Shown: piece after piece, positions 38,800 through 47,512 of the stretch
How the letters are laid out: each line of letters starts with the position of its first letter
How positions within the stretch are numbered: the stretch's first letter is position 1
Assembly: GCA_026004535.1 (NCBI GenBank)
Contig: BPJI01000001.1
Coordinates: 431,424 to 495,423, forward strand
Direction: 5' to 3'
Length of the DNA stretch: 64,000 nt
Source: Candidatus Parcubacteria bacterium
GTDB taxonomy: Bacteria > Patescibacteriota > Minisyncoccia > UBA6257 > HR35
Notes under the pieces: model-generated
The model's database searches: none
The model's input: the letters and a program-made list of their open reading frames with translations, nothing else
What the model was told of the DNA's origin: nothing
Position numbers and translations under genes: made by a program

Positions 38800-38870
38800 T
38801 TGCGGGGGCAGGATTTGCACCTGCGTCTCGGGCTTATGAGACCCGCGTGGTCCTACTCCACCACCCCGCG
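38800..38870 (-). tRNA. initiator tRNA-fMet (anticodon CAT)
   Basis: Reverse complement reads CGCGGGGTGGTGGAGTAGGACCACGCGGGTCTCATAAGCCCGAGACGCAGGTGCAAATCCTGCCCCCGCAA. It has the C1:A72 mismatch and three G:C pairs in the anticodon stem, hallmarks of bacterial initiator tRNA. Confidence 0.8.
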
Positions 38871-38890
38871 ATCTTATTATTTTTATTATA

Positions 38891-39694
38891 TCATTTTTTT
38901 TGACAATTAATGCAATAAAAAGCACTTCTTCCTCCTAAAATTACTCTTTTTATCTTTTCATAACATCGCCGACATTTTTCATCTTCTCTCTGATAAACTA
39001 AAAATTTTTCTTGATATTTTCCTTTTGATTCATCTGGTTTGAAATAGAATCTAAAACTTGTTCCTTCATATTTAATTGCTTTTTTCAAGATTTTTTTAAT
39101 TGCATTTAATAGTTTTTTTATTTTATCGTCAGTTAATTTATTTGCTGGAATTTGAGGATGAATCTTAGCTAAAAATAATGACTCATTAGCATAAATGTTT
39201 CCAATTCCAGCAATTTTTGCTTGATCCATCAGAACTAATTTTATTGGTCTTTTGGTCTTATTTAAAATATTTTTTAAATCATCAAAAGTTAAATTTAAAG
39301 CATCAATACCCAGTTTTTTTATCTCTTTATTTAAATTTTGCTCATCAACGACCTTTACCCAACCAAACCTGCGAACATCATTAAAAACAAGATAACCTCT
39401 ATCTAAAACAAACACAACCCTTATTGAATTACTGATTTCTGAATTTCTTAAGAAATTTAGAAATAAAATTTGCCCGGTCATCTTTAAATGAAACATCAAA
39501 TTATAACCATTACTTAAAACAAAGATCAAAATTTTACCTTTTCTTTCAAGACTTAGAACTTTCGATCCCTCAATCTTTTTCTTTTCACCTTTAAAACTTC
39601 TCTTATCAAAAATTTCAACATTTTTTATTTTTTGTCCTATAATTTCTTTTTCTAAGTATCTCTTAATCGTTTCTACTTCAGGAAGTTCAGGCAT
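38891..39694 (-). CDS. fpg: formamidopyrimidine-DNA glycosylase (Fpg/Nei family)
   Basis: N-terminal MPELPEVE and a C-terminal C4 zinc finger, CRRC...CINC. Confidence 0.85.
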   Translation of the reverse strand: MPELPEVETIKRYLEKEIIGQKIKNVEIFDKRSFKGEKKKIEGSKVLSLERKGKILIFVLSNGYNLMFHLKMTGQILFLNFLRNSEISNSIRVVFVLDRGYLVFNDVRRFGWVKVVDEQNLNKEIKKLGIDALNLTFDDLKNILNKTKRPIKLVLMDQAKIAGIGNIYANESLFLAKIHPQIPANKLTDDKIKKLLNAIKKILKKAIKYEGTSFRFYFKPDESKGKYQEKFLVYQREDEKCRRCYEKIKRVILGGRSAFYCINCQKK

Positions 39695-39840
39695 TATTAT
39701 GTAATTTTATATAAGCTTTCATGGTCCTTTGAAATATAAAAATTATTTCATTTTATTCTCTATTCTATTTTAGATTATAATTTAATAATAGTGCAGAGAG
39801 TGCAAACATAATTTTCTACTGGCGATAGTAGCAGAAAAAT

Positions 39841-39990
39841 ATTTTTACCCAGATTATAACCAGATAATACTACCCGGATATTAACCGGATATAACTACTC
39901 GGATTCAAACCGGATACAAATACCCGGATATAAACCGGTATTCATCCGGGTAATCTATCCGGTATTAATCCGGGCATATTAATAAAATCT
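39841..39990. repeat. ccggat-word repeat element
   Basis: taacccagat / aaccagat / acccggat words, then catccgggtaa / atccggtatt / aatccgggca words. Confidence 0.8.
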
Positions 39991-39993
39991 AAT

Positions 39994-40383
39994 ATGAATA
40001 GTTTAGTTATTAAAACAAAAAAGAAAAAAGAAATAATTGATATTACTGAAAAAATAAATGAGATTTTATCAAAACAAGAAAAAGATTCTGGACTAGTTTT
40101 TCTTTTTGCTTTGCATACAACCTGCGCTTTAACAACTGCCGACCTAGATCCTGGAGCTGAAAAAGATTATATTAATGCCTTTGAGAAAATAAGTCCTCAA
40201 GCAAACTTTATTCATCCTCATAATCCCGAACATTTTCCTGATCATTTTTTATCTTCAATTATTGGCACTTCCCTTCTTCTTCCTTTTGAAAACAAAAACT
40301 TAATTTTAGGCACATGGCAAAGAGTAATTCTAATTGAATTTGATGGACCGAGAGAAAGGAAAATCATAGTCAGGTTAATATAA
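39994..40383 (+). CDS. yjbQ: YjbQ/UPF0047 family protein (secondary thiamine-phosphate synthase-like)
   Basis: LHTTCALTTADLDPGAEKD and LGTWQRVILIEFDGPRERKIIVR, matching UPF0047. Confidence 0.7.
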   Translation: MNSLVIKTKKKKEIIDITEKINEILSKQEKDSGLVFLFALHTTCALTTADLDPGAEKDYINAFEKISPQANFIHPHNPEHFPDHFLSSIIGTSLLLPFENKNLILGTWQRVILIEFDGPRERKIIVRLI

Positions 40384-40401
40384 TTTTAGATTTTAAGCCA
40401 A

Positions 40402-41832
40402 CTATCTCAGATTTTGTTTATATCTTTTTTCTAATTCTCTAAATCTATACCAAAGAAAAGCTAATAGGAAAATAATCAAAAACAAAAGAAATAACCAAAA
40501 AATATTTACTCCCCCAAAAGCTCCGATAAAACCTAACAGACTTGTATTTATACCTTTAATTTGCAAATCAGAGGAGAATGAATAATTAGCTCCAGGCGTT
40601 GAGACTTTAAAATCAATATTATAATTTTTAGTCTTTACTACACCCGAACAAGGAACATCTACTATCCAATCAACAAGACGACTTGAATTTGGTTCTAAGA
40701 CAAAATCTCTTTCGCTAGGTTTAAACCAATTACCAACTTCTCCATTTGCTTTAATGGTTATTTTTCTATTTACAGAAGTATTATTTATTAAGGTTAATTG
40801 AATTGTATTTTGAGCACAAACATTCACAGAATAGGTAGGTTCCACAAGTAAATCAATTAATTTATTATTATTTGTTTTTTGAATAGGTGTCGGCACCTCA
40901 ATACTACGGGTTACTGTTCGAGTTACTGTCCGAGTCAAATAAGTAGTTCGACCAACTGAAATTAATATTTCCTTAGACGACTGGCTGCCTTGATTATCGG
41001 TAACAATTAACTTAACCCTATAAGCACCGGAGGCTAAAGCACGATTAAAAGTTTTAAGATTAGAAACCGTTTCGTTGTTAATTATCCATTCATAAGAAAT
41101 AATAAAACCATCTGGATCATAAGATTGAGAAGCATCAAAAGTGACAATGGTGCCTGGCCGAATATCCTCGGGAGTAAAAGCAATAACAGCTATGGGTAAT
41201 TGATTTATTATTGACGAATTTTGCCCAGAAGAAATATTAACCGAACAAGAGGCTGATTTAGTTTCATTACCAGAGGTAACAGTAATATTAGCTGTATAAG
41301 TACCAGCCGAAGAGAAAGACCTAGAGCAAGTTGAGGAAGAACCACTGCAAGCACCCGACCAAGAATAAGAATAAGATCCATTGCCACCGCTTACATTAGC
41401 TGTAAAAACAACTGTTTGATTTACATTAGCTGGGTTAGGCGAAGCAGAACAAGAAACTTGAAGATTTGAAAAGACACAATTCGTTCTAAAAGAATAAATA
41501 TTACCATAATTTGTACCTCCGCTATTTCTGGAAGCAGCTCGATAAAAGTAAGTAGTACAAGGTTGAAGACCTGTAATAGTTTGGCAAAATCCTTGAGGAG
41601 GATTAGGAATAAAAAGAAATTGATCAGGCGTTCTGTTAGTCAAAGAAAAGCTCGATGTTCCCCATTCAAACCAAGCAGTTATATTAGGATCACCACCATT
41701 GTCTTGAATTTCACCAACCAAAGTAGCCCAAGTATTACCATAAGTTGTTTGAGCTGGACAAGTTTGAGCAAAAACATTGCTTCCCTCTAAGATTATAAAT
41801 ACTATCAAGATTATTAAAAATCTTCTTAACAT
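40402..41832 (-). CDS. cell-surface protein: signal peptide, FN3-like domain, two PKD domains, C-terminal TM anchor
   Basis: WFEWGTS...GLQPCTTYFYRAASRN FN3-like signature. Two PKD-like blocks (VVFTANVSGGNGSYSYSWSG... and IVTFDASQSYDPDGFIISYEW). C-terminal hydrophobic helix plus a basic tail. Confidence 0.7.
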   Translation of the reverse strand: MLRRFLIILIVFIILEGSNVFAQTCPAQTTYGNTWATLVGEIQDNGGDPNITAWFEWGTSSFSLTNRTPDQFLFIPNPPQGFCQTITGLQPCTTYFYRAASRNSGGTNYGNIYSFRTNCVFSNLQVSCSASPNPANVNQTVVFTANVSGGNGSYSYSWSGACSGSSSTCSRSFSSAGTYTANITVTSGNETKSASCSVNISSGQNSSIINQLPIAVIAFTPEDIRPGTIVTFDASQSYDPDGFIISYEWIINNETVSNLKTFNRALASGAYRVKLIVTDNQGSQSSKEILISVGRTTYLTRTVTRTVTRSIEVPTPIQKTNNNKLIDLLVEPTYSVNVCAQNTIQLTLINNTSVNRKITIKANGEVGNWFKPSERDFVLEPNSSRLVDWIVDVPCSGVVKTKNYNIDFKVSTPGANYSFSSDLQIKGINTSLLGFIGAFGGVNIFWLFLLFLIIFLLAFLWYRFRELEKRYKQNLR

Positions 41833-41876
41833 TTTTACTTAAATTCTAACATATTTTTTTATTTTGTCAATACTAA

Positions 41877-42293
41877 TTAAAAAATAATCCAATTTGACTT
41901 TTTATCTGGATAACTATTTTGAATTGGATTGGTTTTGTTTTTAAATTTTTGACATAAAGTTTTGATCTCTTTTATTTCGCCATAATTTATACCTGCAGTA
42001 TTTTGGGCAACGGCTCGATAATAGTAAGTAGTACAAGGCTTAACGCCTCTTTCTCTTAAACAAAAAATCTGAGAATCTCTCAAAATTAATTCTTTGGTTT
42101 TTTTATCTAGCTTATCTTTATTTAGTCCGTATTCAAACCAAACTTTAACTTCCTTATCACCACCAAGTCCATCTAACCTGCCGACAAAAGTTATAAAACG
42201 AAAACTCGTAGCAGTTTTACTAGGACAACTGACAGCAAAACTAAAATTAACTAAAATTAAAATGTTTAAAATTAATAATAATTCTTTTTTCAT
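41877..42293 (-). CDS. secreted FN3-like domain protein (divergent paralog of the N-domain of 40402-41832)
   Basis: VWFEYGLNKDKL...GVKPCTTYYYRAVAQNTAGINYGEIKEIKTLC, the same signature as its neighbours. Confidence 0.55.
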   Translation of the reverse strand: MKKELLLILNILILVNFSFAVSCPSKTATSFRFITFVGRLDGLGGDKEVKVWFEYGLNKDKLDKKTKELILRDSQIFCLRERGVKPCTTYYYRAVAQNTAGINYGEIKEIKTLCQKFKNKTNPIQNSYPDKKSNWIIF

Positions 42294-42307
42294 TTCCTAA
42301 ATTTCGT

Positions 42308-42991
42308 TTATAAAGTTATAACAGGTGGTAAGGTGATAACAGCTGGTGGTCTTACCGGTTGATTAACGGTTACCGAACAAGAGGCTGATTTAGTTTCATT
42401 ACCAGAGGTAACAGTAATATTAGCTGTATAAGTACCAGCCGAAGAGAAAGACCTAGAGCAAGTTGAGGAAGAACCACTGCAAGCACCCGACCAAGAATAA
42501 GAATAAGATCCATTGCCACCGCTTACATTAGCTGTAAAAATAACTGTTTGATTTACATTAGCTGGGTTAGGCGAAGCAGAACAAGAAACTTGTAAAGGAG
42601 CACATTGAGTAGTAAAGGAGTAAATAGATCCTCTTGAAGTTCCAGCAGAATTTCTAGCAACGGCTCGATAAAAGTAAGTAGTACAAGGTTGAAGACCTGT
42701 AATAGTTTGGCAAAATCCTTGAGGAGGATTAGGAATAAAAAGAAATTGATCAGGCGTTCTGTTAGTCAAAGAAAAGCTCGATGTTCCCCATTCAAACCAA
42801 GCAGTTATATTAGGATCACCACCATTGTCTTGAATTTCACCAACCAAAGTAGCCCAAGTATTACCATAAGTTGTTTGAGCTGGACAAACCCTTTGAACAC
42901 TAGTTTGAGCAATAGCTTGTTTTTTTGAAAAAATATATTGACCTAAAAAAACTAATCCAATGATTAGAAACAAGAAAGATGTTTTTTTCAT
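42308..42991 (-). CDS. truncated tandem paralog of the surface protein (signal, FN3-like, one PKD) ending in a VITLPPVITL tail
   Basis: About 540 nt nearly identical to 41230-41800 except for a ~75-nt divergent patch. Confidence 0.65.
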   Translation of the reverse strand: MKKTSFLFLIIGLVFLGQYIFSKKQAIAQTSVQRVCPAQTTYGNTWATLVGEIQDNGGDPNITAWFEWGTSSFSLTNRTPDQFLFIPNPPQGFCQTITGLQPCTTYFYRAVARNSAGTSRGSIYSFTTQCAPLQVSCSASPNPANVNQTVIFTANVSGGNGSYSYSWSGACSGSSSTCSRSFSSAGTYTANITVTSGNETKSASCSVTVNQPVRPPAVITLPPVITL

Positions 42992-43009
42992 ATTTTTTAA
43001 TTAGATTCT

Positions 43010-43489
43010 TTAATAAGTAACGACCGCCGGTAAAGTAATAACTACAGGGAGCCTAATAACTTTTGTCCCCGACCACCAAACAATATAACCCACCAAGTTT
43101 GAATCATTACAAATCCAACCTTCGTCTGAATTACAAAATTTATCAAAAACATCAATTTGAATTGTTTTATTAGAACCAACCGAAGAGAATGATGTTAAAC
43201 GTTGTCTACCTTGTAATGGGCCTATCATGTTTCTTACGCATTCGGGCATTTTCCCATCACATACAAAAACATATATCCATTCGTTATTATTCCTTGTTTC
43301 ACACCAACCTTCATTTATATTGCATTTAGCTTGACAATTATAAAAATTAGCATCATGACCACTACCGCAAATATTAGTGTACTCTCCTCCAAATGGCGGA
43401 ATATAACCAGCAATAGCTTTTAAGGCTAAAAACAAATTAACAAACGAAATTATACTAATTATTAAAAATAATCTCTTTTTCATGGCCAA
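43010..43489 (-). CDS. cysteine-rich secreted protein ending in a RLPVVITLPAVVTY tail
   Basis: 159 aa with a signal peptide and 10 or more Cys. Shares the C-terminal ITLP motif with 42308-42991. Confidence 0.55.
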   Translation of the reverse strand: MAMKKRLFLIISIISFVNLFLALKAIAGYIPPFGGEYTNICGSGHDANFYNCQAKCNINEGWCETRNNNEWIYVFVCDGKMPECVRNMIGPLQGRQRLTSFSSVGSNKTIQIDVFDKFCNSDEGWICNDSNLVGYIVWWSGTKVIRLPVVITLPAVVTY

Positions 43490-43617
43490 ATATTGATAAC
43501 TCCAATTTATAGATCAATATAAAAATTTTATCACAAAAAAGGTAATTTGTCAAGATCTAAAAATGCAAGAAAATAAGTATTTTTTAAGCTAGTTTATTTA
43601 GTATATATTTTAAGATT

Positions 43618-44340
43618 TCACCTAATTTCAAAAGTTATATTTATTTGTACTTTTATTTCTTGAGAACCAGGTTCGATTTGAGGAATTGTTTCTCCTTCAT
43701 CTCCACTCGTGCCAACATACTTTGAATATAAAGGAATTGAAGGAAAAGAAGAATATTCACTAATACTTACAATTTTTCCTAGTTTAAAGCCAGCTATCTT
43801 GGCAATTATTTCGGCTTTTTCCTTAGCATTTAAAATTGCCTTCTCTCTTGCTTTAGCTAAATAACTTTCTGATTCATCAATAGTAAAGTTAGGACCAGAA
43901 ACATTGTTAGCACCACGCTTCACCACTCCATCAAGTATTTCACCAATTTTAGTTAAATCTCTAATTTTAACAACTAAATTTTGGCTTATTGTATAACCAA
44001 CAATTTGATAAGAAGAGGTCCTATAATCATACTTAGGCGTGATTGAATAATTTTCAGTTTTAATATCTTTGTCCACGATTCCCTGCTCTTTAAGAAAATT
44101 TATAATTTTATTCATCTTGTTTGAGTTTTCTTGTTGAAGGTTTTTCAAATCTTTACCATCAGTAATAACACCGATTCTTATTTCAGCAATATTGGGGACA
44201 GCGACTTCTTTCCCTTCGCCAGTAACTGAAAAAGTTCTTTGCGGTTGATTTATGTTTTTGTATTCATAAACAAACCAAAAAATGGCTATAACAAACAAAA
44301 ACAAACTAATAATTATTGAATTTTTTAAATTTTGATCCAT
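43618..44340 (-). CDS. SIMPL-domain (DUF541) periplasmic protein
   Basis: N-terminal TM helix and the DUF541 pattern (ISVTGEGKEVAVPNIAEIRIGV...). Confidence 0.6.
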   Translation of the reverse strand: MDQNLKNSIIISLFLFVIAIFWFVYEYKNINQPQRTFSVTGEGKEVAVPNIAEIRIGVITDGKDLKNLQQENSNKMNKIINFLKEQGIVDKDIKTENYSITPKYDYRTSSYQIVGYTISQNLVVKIRDLTKIGEILDGVVKRGANNVSGPNFTIDESESYLAKAREKAILNAKEKAEIIAKIAGFKLGKIVSISEYSSFPSIPLYSKYVGTSGDEGETIPQIEPGSQEIKVQINITFEIR

Positions 44341-44435
44341 TAATTTAATTATACTATGTTTTAATATTATTTAAAATATAAAAATCATTAATTTTTAAAG
44401 TTTTTTCCACAACATTTTATAATTTTATTAATCGA

Positions 44436-45161
44436 ATGGACTTTTTAAAAATAATTACAAAATATAAAAACAGACCAATACCTGAAAGAAAGTTTGATCA
44501 ATTCTATGCTACGGCCGATACTGTTATTAAAAGAAGCAACCTATTATTGAGATATCAAAAAAAATTCAAATTTTCTAAAATTATTTTTCTTGGTGATGAT
44601 GATTTAACTTCAATTGCTTTGGCTTTAACTAAAAAATTTGATGAAATTATTGTTTTAGATATTGATGAAAGAATTTTAAATTTTATTAATGAAGTTACTG
44701 AAAAGGAAAAATTAAATGTAAAAATATTTAAACATAATATTTGCAACCCTTTATCAAAAGATTTACTTAAAACCCAAACCAATTTTATTTTCTTTGATCC
44801 ACCTTATAATCCTTCGGCAGTTAAAATTTGGCTGATTAGGGCATTGGAAATTCTTTTAGGTTTAGGAAGTAATAAAAAAAGAAAAAATATAGAATTTTTA
44901 AAAAACAAATTTATTTTTATGTGTTATGGTTATACAGATAAAAGTTTTGAAAGAGGTTTAAAGATTCAAGAAATAATTCATAATTTAGGTTTAATCATTC
45001 AAGAAAAATTTAGAAAGTTTAATAAATATACCGGAGCCGAGACAATTAATAATGAAAGTGATTTTTATATTATTCAACCAACGCCTTTGGTTAAATTAGA
45101 AACAATAGATAAGTTTAAAAACAAAAGTTTTGAAGAAAAAATTTATACTTGGCAAAATTGA
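44436..45161 (+). CDS. BpsA-like aminopropyltransferase (DUF43; N4-bis(aminopropyl)spermidine synthase family)
   Basis: IIFLGDDDLTSIALAL and FFDPPYN, the signature motifs of DUF43/BpsA. Confidence 0.6.
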   Translation: MDFLKIITKYKNRPIPERKFDQFYATADTVIKRSNLLLRYQKKFKFSKIIFLGDDDLTSIALALTKKFDEIIVLDIDERILNFINEVTEKEKLNVKIFKHNICNPLSKDLLKTQTNFIFFDPPYNPSAVKIWLIRALEILLGLGSNKKRKNIEFLKNKFIFMCYGYTDKSFERGLKIQEIIHNLGLIIQEKFRKFNKYTGAETINNESDFYIIQPTPLVKLETIDKFKNKSFEEKIYTWQN

Positions 45162-45308
45162 TTAACATAAAATTCCTAATCCCAAAATCAAAACTTTTTT
45201 ATTTTTTAAATTTATCATCTTAATTTTTTATAAAAATATATTATTCAATATCTATTCCCCAATCCTACAAACTGGATTAATTCTTCACTGCTACGTAGCA
45301 ATAGACTT

Positions 45309-45818
45309 TTATACTAATTTTGATAGTTTTTTATATAACTTTGATTTTCTATCTAATTTGCTTAGTACTTGATACAGTTTTTTCTTTTGCTTTTTGTTCA
45401 TAATTTTTATAATCTCTTCTATTAAAAGTTCTGGCCAAAACATAGATGGCATTCTTCTTTTTATTTTTCTCCAATCTTTCTCTATATAATCTAAAATAGT
45501 CGGTTGTTTTATTTCTTTCTTGATTCTTTCCTGAATCAATCTGAAACCTTCCCCACTTTCGTATAACCACACAGCAACTTTGGCTATAGTCCCATGGCTT
45601 ACTTTAACAACTTTTTCTATTTCTCTATAACTTAAACCTTTTAGTAATAATTTGGCAATTTTAATTCTTTTGGCTAACATAATTACTTCTTGTTTTGTCA
45701 AAAGATCAGTAATGAAATGCATAATTTCTTGACGATTTTTTAAAACAGAAATTGCTTCGCAAAATTCCTCTAGAAGCTCTGCTTTCTCCTGATCTGAAAT
45801 TGATTTGTATTTAGGCAT
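45309..45818 (-). CDS. TrpR-like YerC/YecD-family HTH regulator
   Basis: LLTKQEVIMLAKRIKIAKLLLKGLSYREIEKVVKVSHGTIAKV, the YerC/YecD pattern. Confidence 0.6.
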   Translation of the reverse strand: MPKYKSISDQEKAELLEEFCEAISVLKNRQEIMHFITDLLTKQEVIMLAKRIKIAKLLLKGLSYREIEKVVKVSHGTIAKVAVWLYESGEGFRLIQERIKKEIKQPTILDYIEKDWRKIKRRMPSMFWPELLIEEIIKIMNKKQKKKLYQVLSKLDRKSKLYKKLSKLV

Positions 45819-45914
45819 TTTTAAAACATGAAATCTAAATAATATAAAATATCTAAATTTTATGTAAAAATAACCAAATTAAATATAACACAAAATAAAC
45901 AAAAAAACCAAAAT

Positions 45915-45956
45915 GGTCAATTTTTCTATTGCTACGTAGCAATAGAAAAATTGACC
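45915..45956. promoter_or_regulatory. perfect 42-nt palindrome (candidate operator or terminator) upstream of the yerC-like gene
   Basis: ggtcaatttttctattgctacgtagcaatagaaaaattgacc equals its own reverse complement. Its core TGCTACGTAGCAATAG recurs at 45289-45304 and 10592-10607. Confidence 0.6.
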
Positions 45957-46009
45957 AAATTAGGGATAATTAAAGATGAGTTTTTGATTTATAATTTAAT
46001 TAAACACAA

Positions 46010-46691
46010 ATGAAAATTTATATTGGTACTTCAGGTTGGCAATATTGGCATTGGAGATGAAAATTTTACCCAGAAAATTCAACTTCTAAAGATTTTTTAA
46101 AATTTTATTCAAAACATTTCAATACTGTTGAAATTAATACAAGTTTTTATCATTTAACAAAAAAGACAACATTATCGTCTTTTTACTCATTTTAGAAGAT
46201 TAAAATTAAATAAAGAAGATAAAAAATTACTATTAGAAACTATCCAAATTTATAAAGTTTTAAAAGAAAAATTAGGACCAATTTTAATTCAACTTCCTCC
46301 AGGATTAAAATATGATTTAAAATTATTCAAATCATTTATAAATGTTATTAAAAAATTTAAAAAAGTAAAATTTGCTATTGAATTTCGTCATAAAACTTGG
46401 CTAAATAAAAAAATTTATACTCTATTAAAAAAATACAAAATAGCGTTCGTAATATCTGATTCACCAAGATGGCCAACTGATTTTGTTAAAACAACTGATG
46501 TGATTTATGTTAGATTTCATGGCAAACCAATTCTTTTTGCTTCAAAATACTCAAAAGAAGAATTAAAAGAATATGCTGAAAGAATTAAAAAACTAAAACC
46601 AAAAATTTTATTTGCTTATTTTAACAATGATGCTGAAGGTTATGCTATTGACAATGCTTTAGAATTTAAAAATTTATTTAATTTATCATAA
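46010..46691 (+). pseudogene. DUF72 (UPF0759) family gene, disrupted
   Basis: MKIYIGTSGWQYWHWR, then an in-frame TGA at 46058-46060, then KFYPE... A frame switch near 46180 and a missing mid-section follow. The C-terminal part (ending ...YVRFHGKPILFASKYSKEEL...AYFNNDAEGYAIDNA) is intact in another frame. Confidence 0.6.
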
Positions 46692-47449
46692 TCAGCTCCT
46701 CTTCTTATTATTTTTATTTCTTTTTGAGTTAAATCAATTAAAGTTGAAGGTTGACCAGCGAGCCTTCCTCTATCTAAATAAAATACTTGGTTATTAAAAT
46801 ATTTCTTTGCTTCATTTATAGTTTTTGCTGGTTCGTATCCTTCCCAATTAGCCGATGGAGCAATTAATGGCCCAGAAATTTTTAAAATTTTTAAGATAAA
46901 TTTATCTTTGGGGGATCTAAAAGCTAAAGTTATTGTTCCACGATGAAGATAAGTAAATTTTTCCGATTTACAAGGAAAAATGACGCTTATCCTGCTTGGC
47001 CAAATTTTCTTTAAAATTTCTTTTTGCCAATCTTGAAGTTGAATTTTGAAAAGTTTTAATTCTCTGATATCTGAAATCAAAATTATACAAGGCTTTTTAG
47101 GGTTTCTTTTTCTTAATTTATAAACTTTTTCAACTGATTTTTTATTAAAAGCAGATGTACAAATGCCGTAAATTGTATCAGTCGGAATAACTCCAATCGC
47201 TCCTTCTTTTAAAAGCAGAGCTGCTTTTAACCAATCGAAGTCTTTTCTTCCCAGATATTCACCAACAGTATAATCACTTTTAATTACTCGATGACAAGGA
47301 ATATTTTTGTCTTTGTTTTTCATCATCAAATTTCCAACAACTCTAAAAGCTTTTTCATTACCAACTAATCTAGCAACTTGTTTATATGTCAAAAATTTAC
47401 CAACCGAGATTTTGCTTACAATTTTTAAAACTTTTTCCTTAAAACTCAT
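46640..47449 (-). CDS. fusion protein: N-terminal MGMT/Ogt-like DNA-binding domain plus C-terminal YrdC/Sua5 (TsaC-like) domain
   Basis: N-terminus has KNIPCHRVIKSDYTVGEY (the PCHRV alkyl-acceptor Cys motif). C-terminus has GVIPTDTIYGICTSAFNKKSVEKVYKLRKRNPKKPCIILISD (YrdC/Sua5 signature). Confidence 0.6.
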   Translation of the reverse strand: MSFKEKVLKIVSKISVGKFLTYKQVARLVGNEKAFRVVGNLMMKNKDKNIPCHRVIKSDYTVGEYLGRKDFDWLKAALLLKEGAIGVIPTDTIYGICTSAFNKKSVEKVYKLRKRNPKKPCIILISDIRELKLFKIQLQDWQKEILKKIWPSRISVIFPCKSEKFTYLHRGTITLAFRSPKDKFILKILKISGPLIAPSANWEGYEPAKTINEAKKYFNNQVFYLDRGRLAGQPSTLIDLTQKEIKIIRRGADYDKLNKFLNSKALSIA

Positions 47450-47454
47450 ATATC

Positions 47455-47512
47455 TTAGTATAGTCTGCGTAGTTCTGCGTTAGTTCTGCATAAGTCTGCG
47501 GTTTATTTTAGA
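47455..47512. repeat. ctgcg-word repeat element
   Basis: tagtctgcgtagttctgcgttagttctgcataagtctgcgg. Confidence 0.6.

Noticed and set aside
41563-42928. Plus-strand ORFs 41563-41790 and 42689-42928, which are nearly identical to each other.
   Set aside because: They are antisense to the duplicated surface-protein genes and are simply mirrored by the duplication. No RBS or homology supports them.
41230-42935. A diversity-generating retroelement (TR/VR pair) explaining the near-identical repeats with a variable patch in the surface proteins.
   Set aside because: There is no reverse transcriptase in the window. Both copies lie inside ORFs. The differences in the patch affect all base types and include synonymous changes and an indel, not adenine-specific substitutions.
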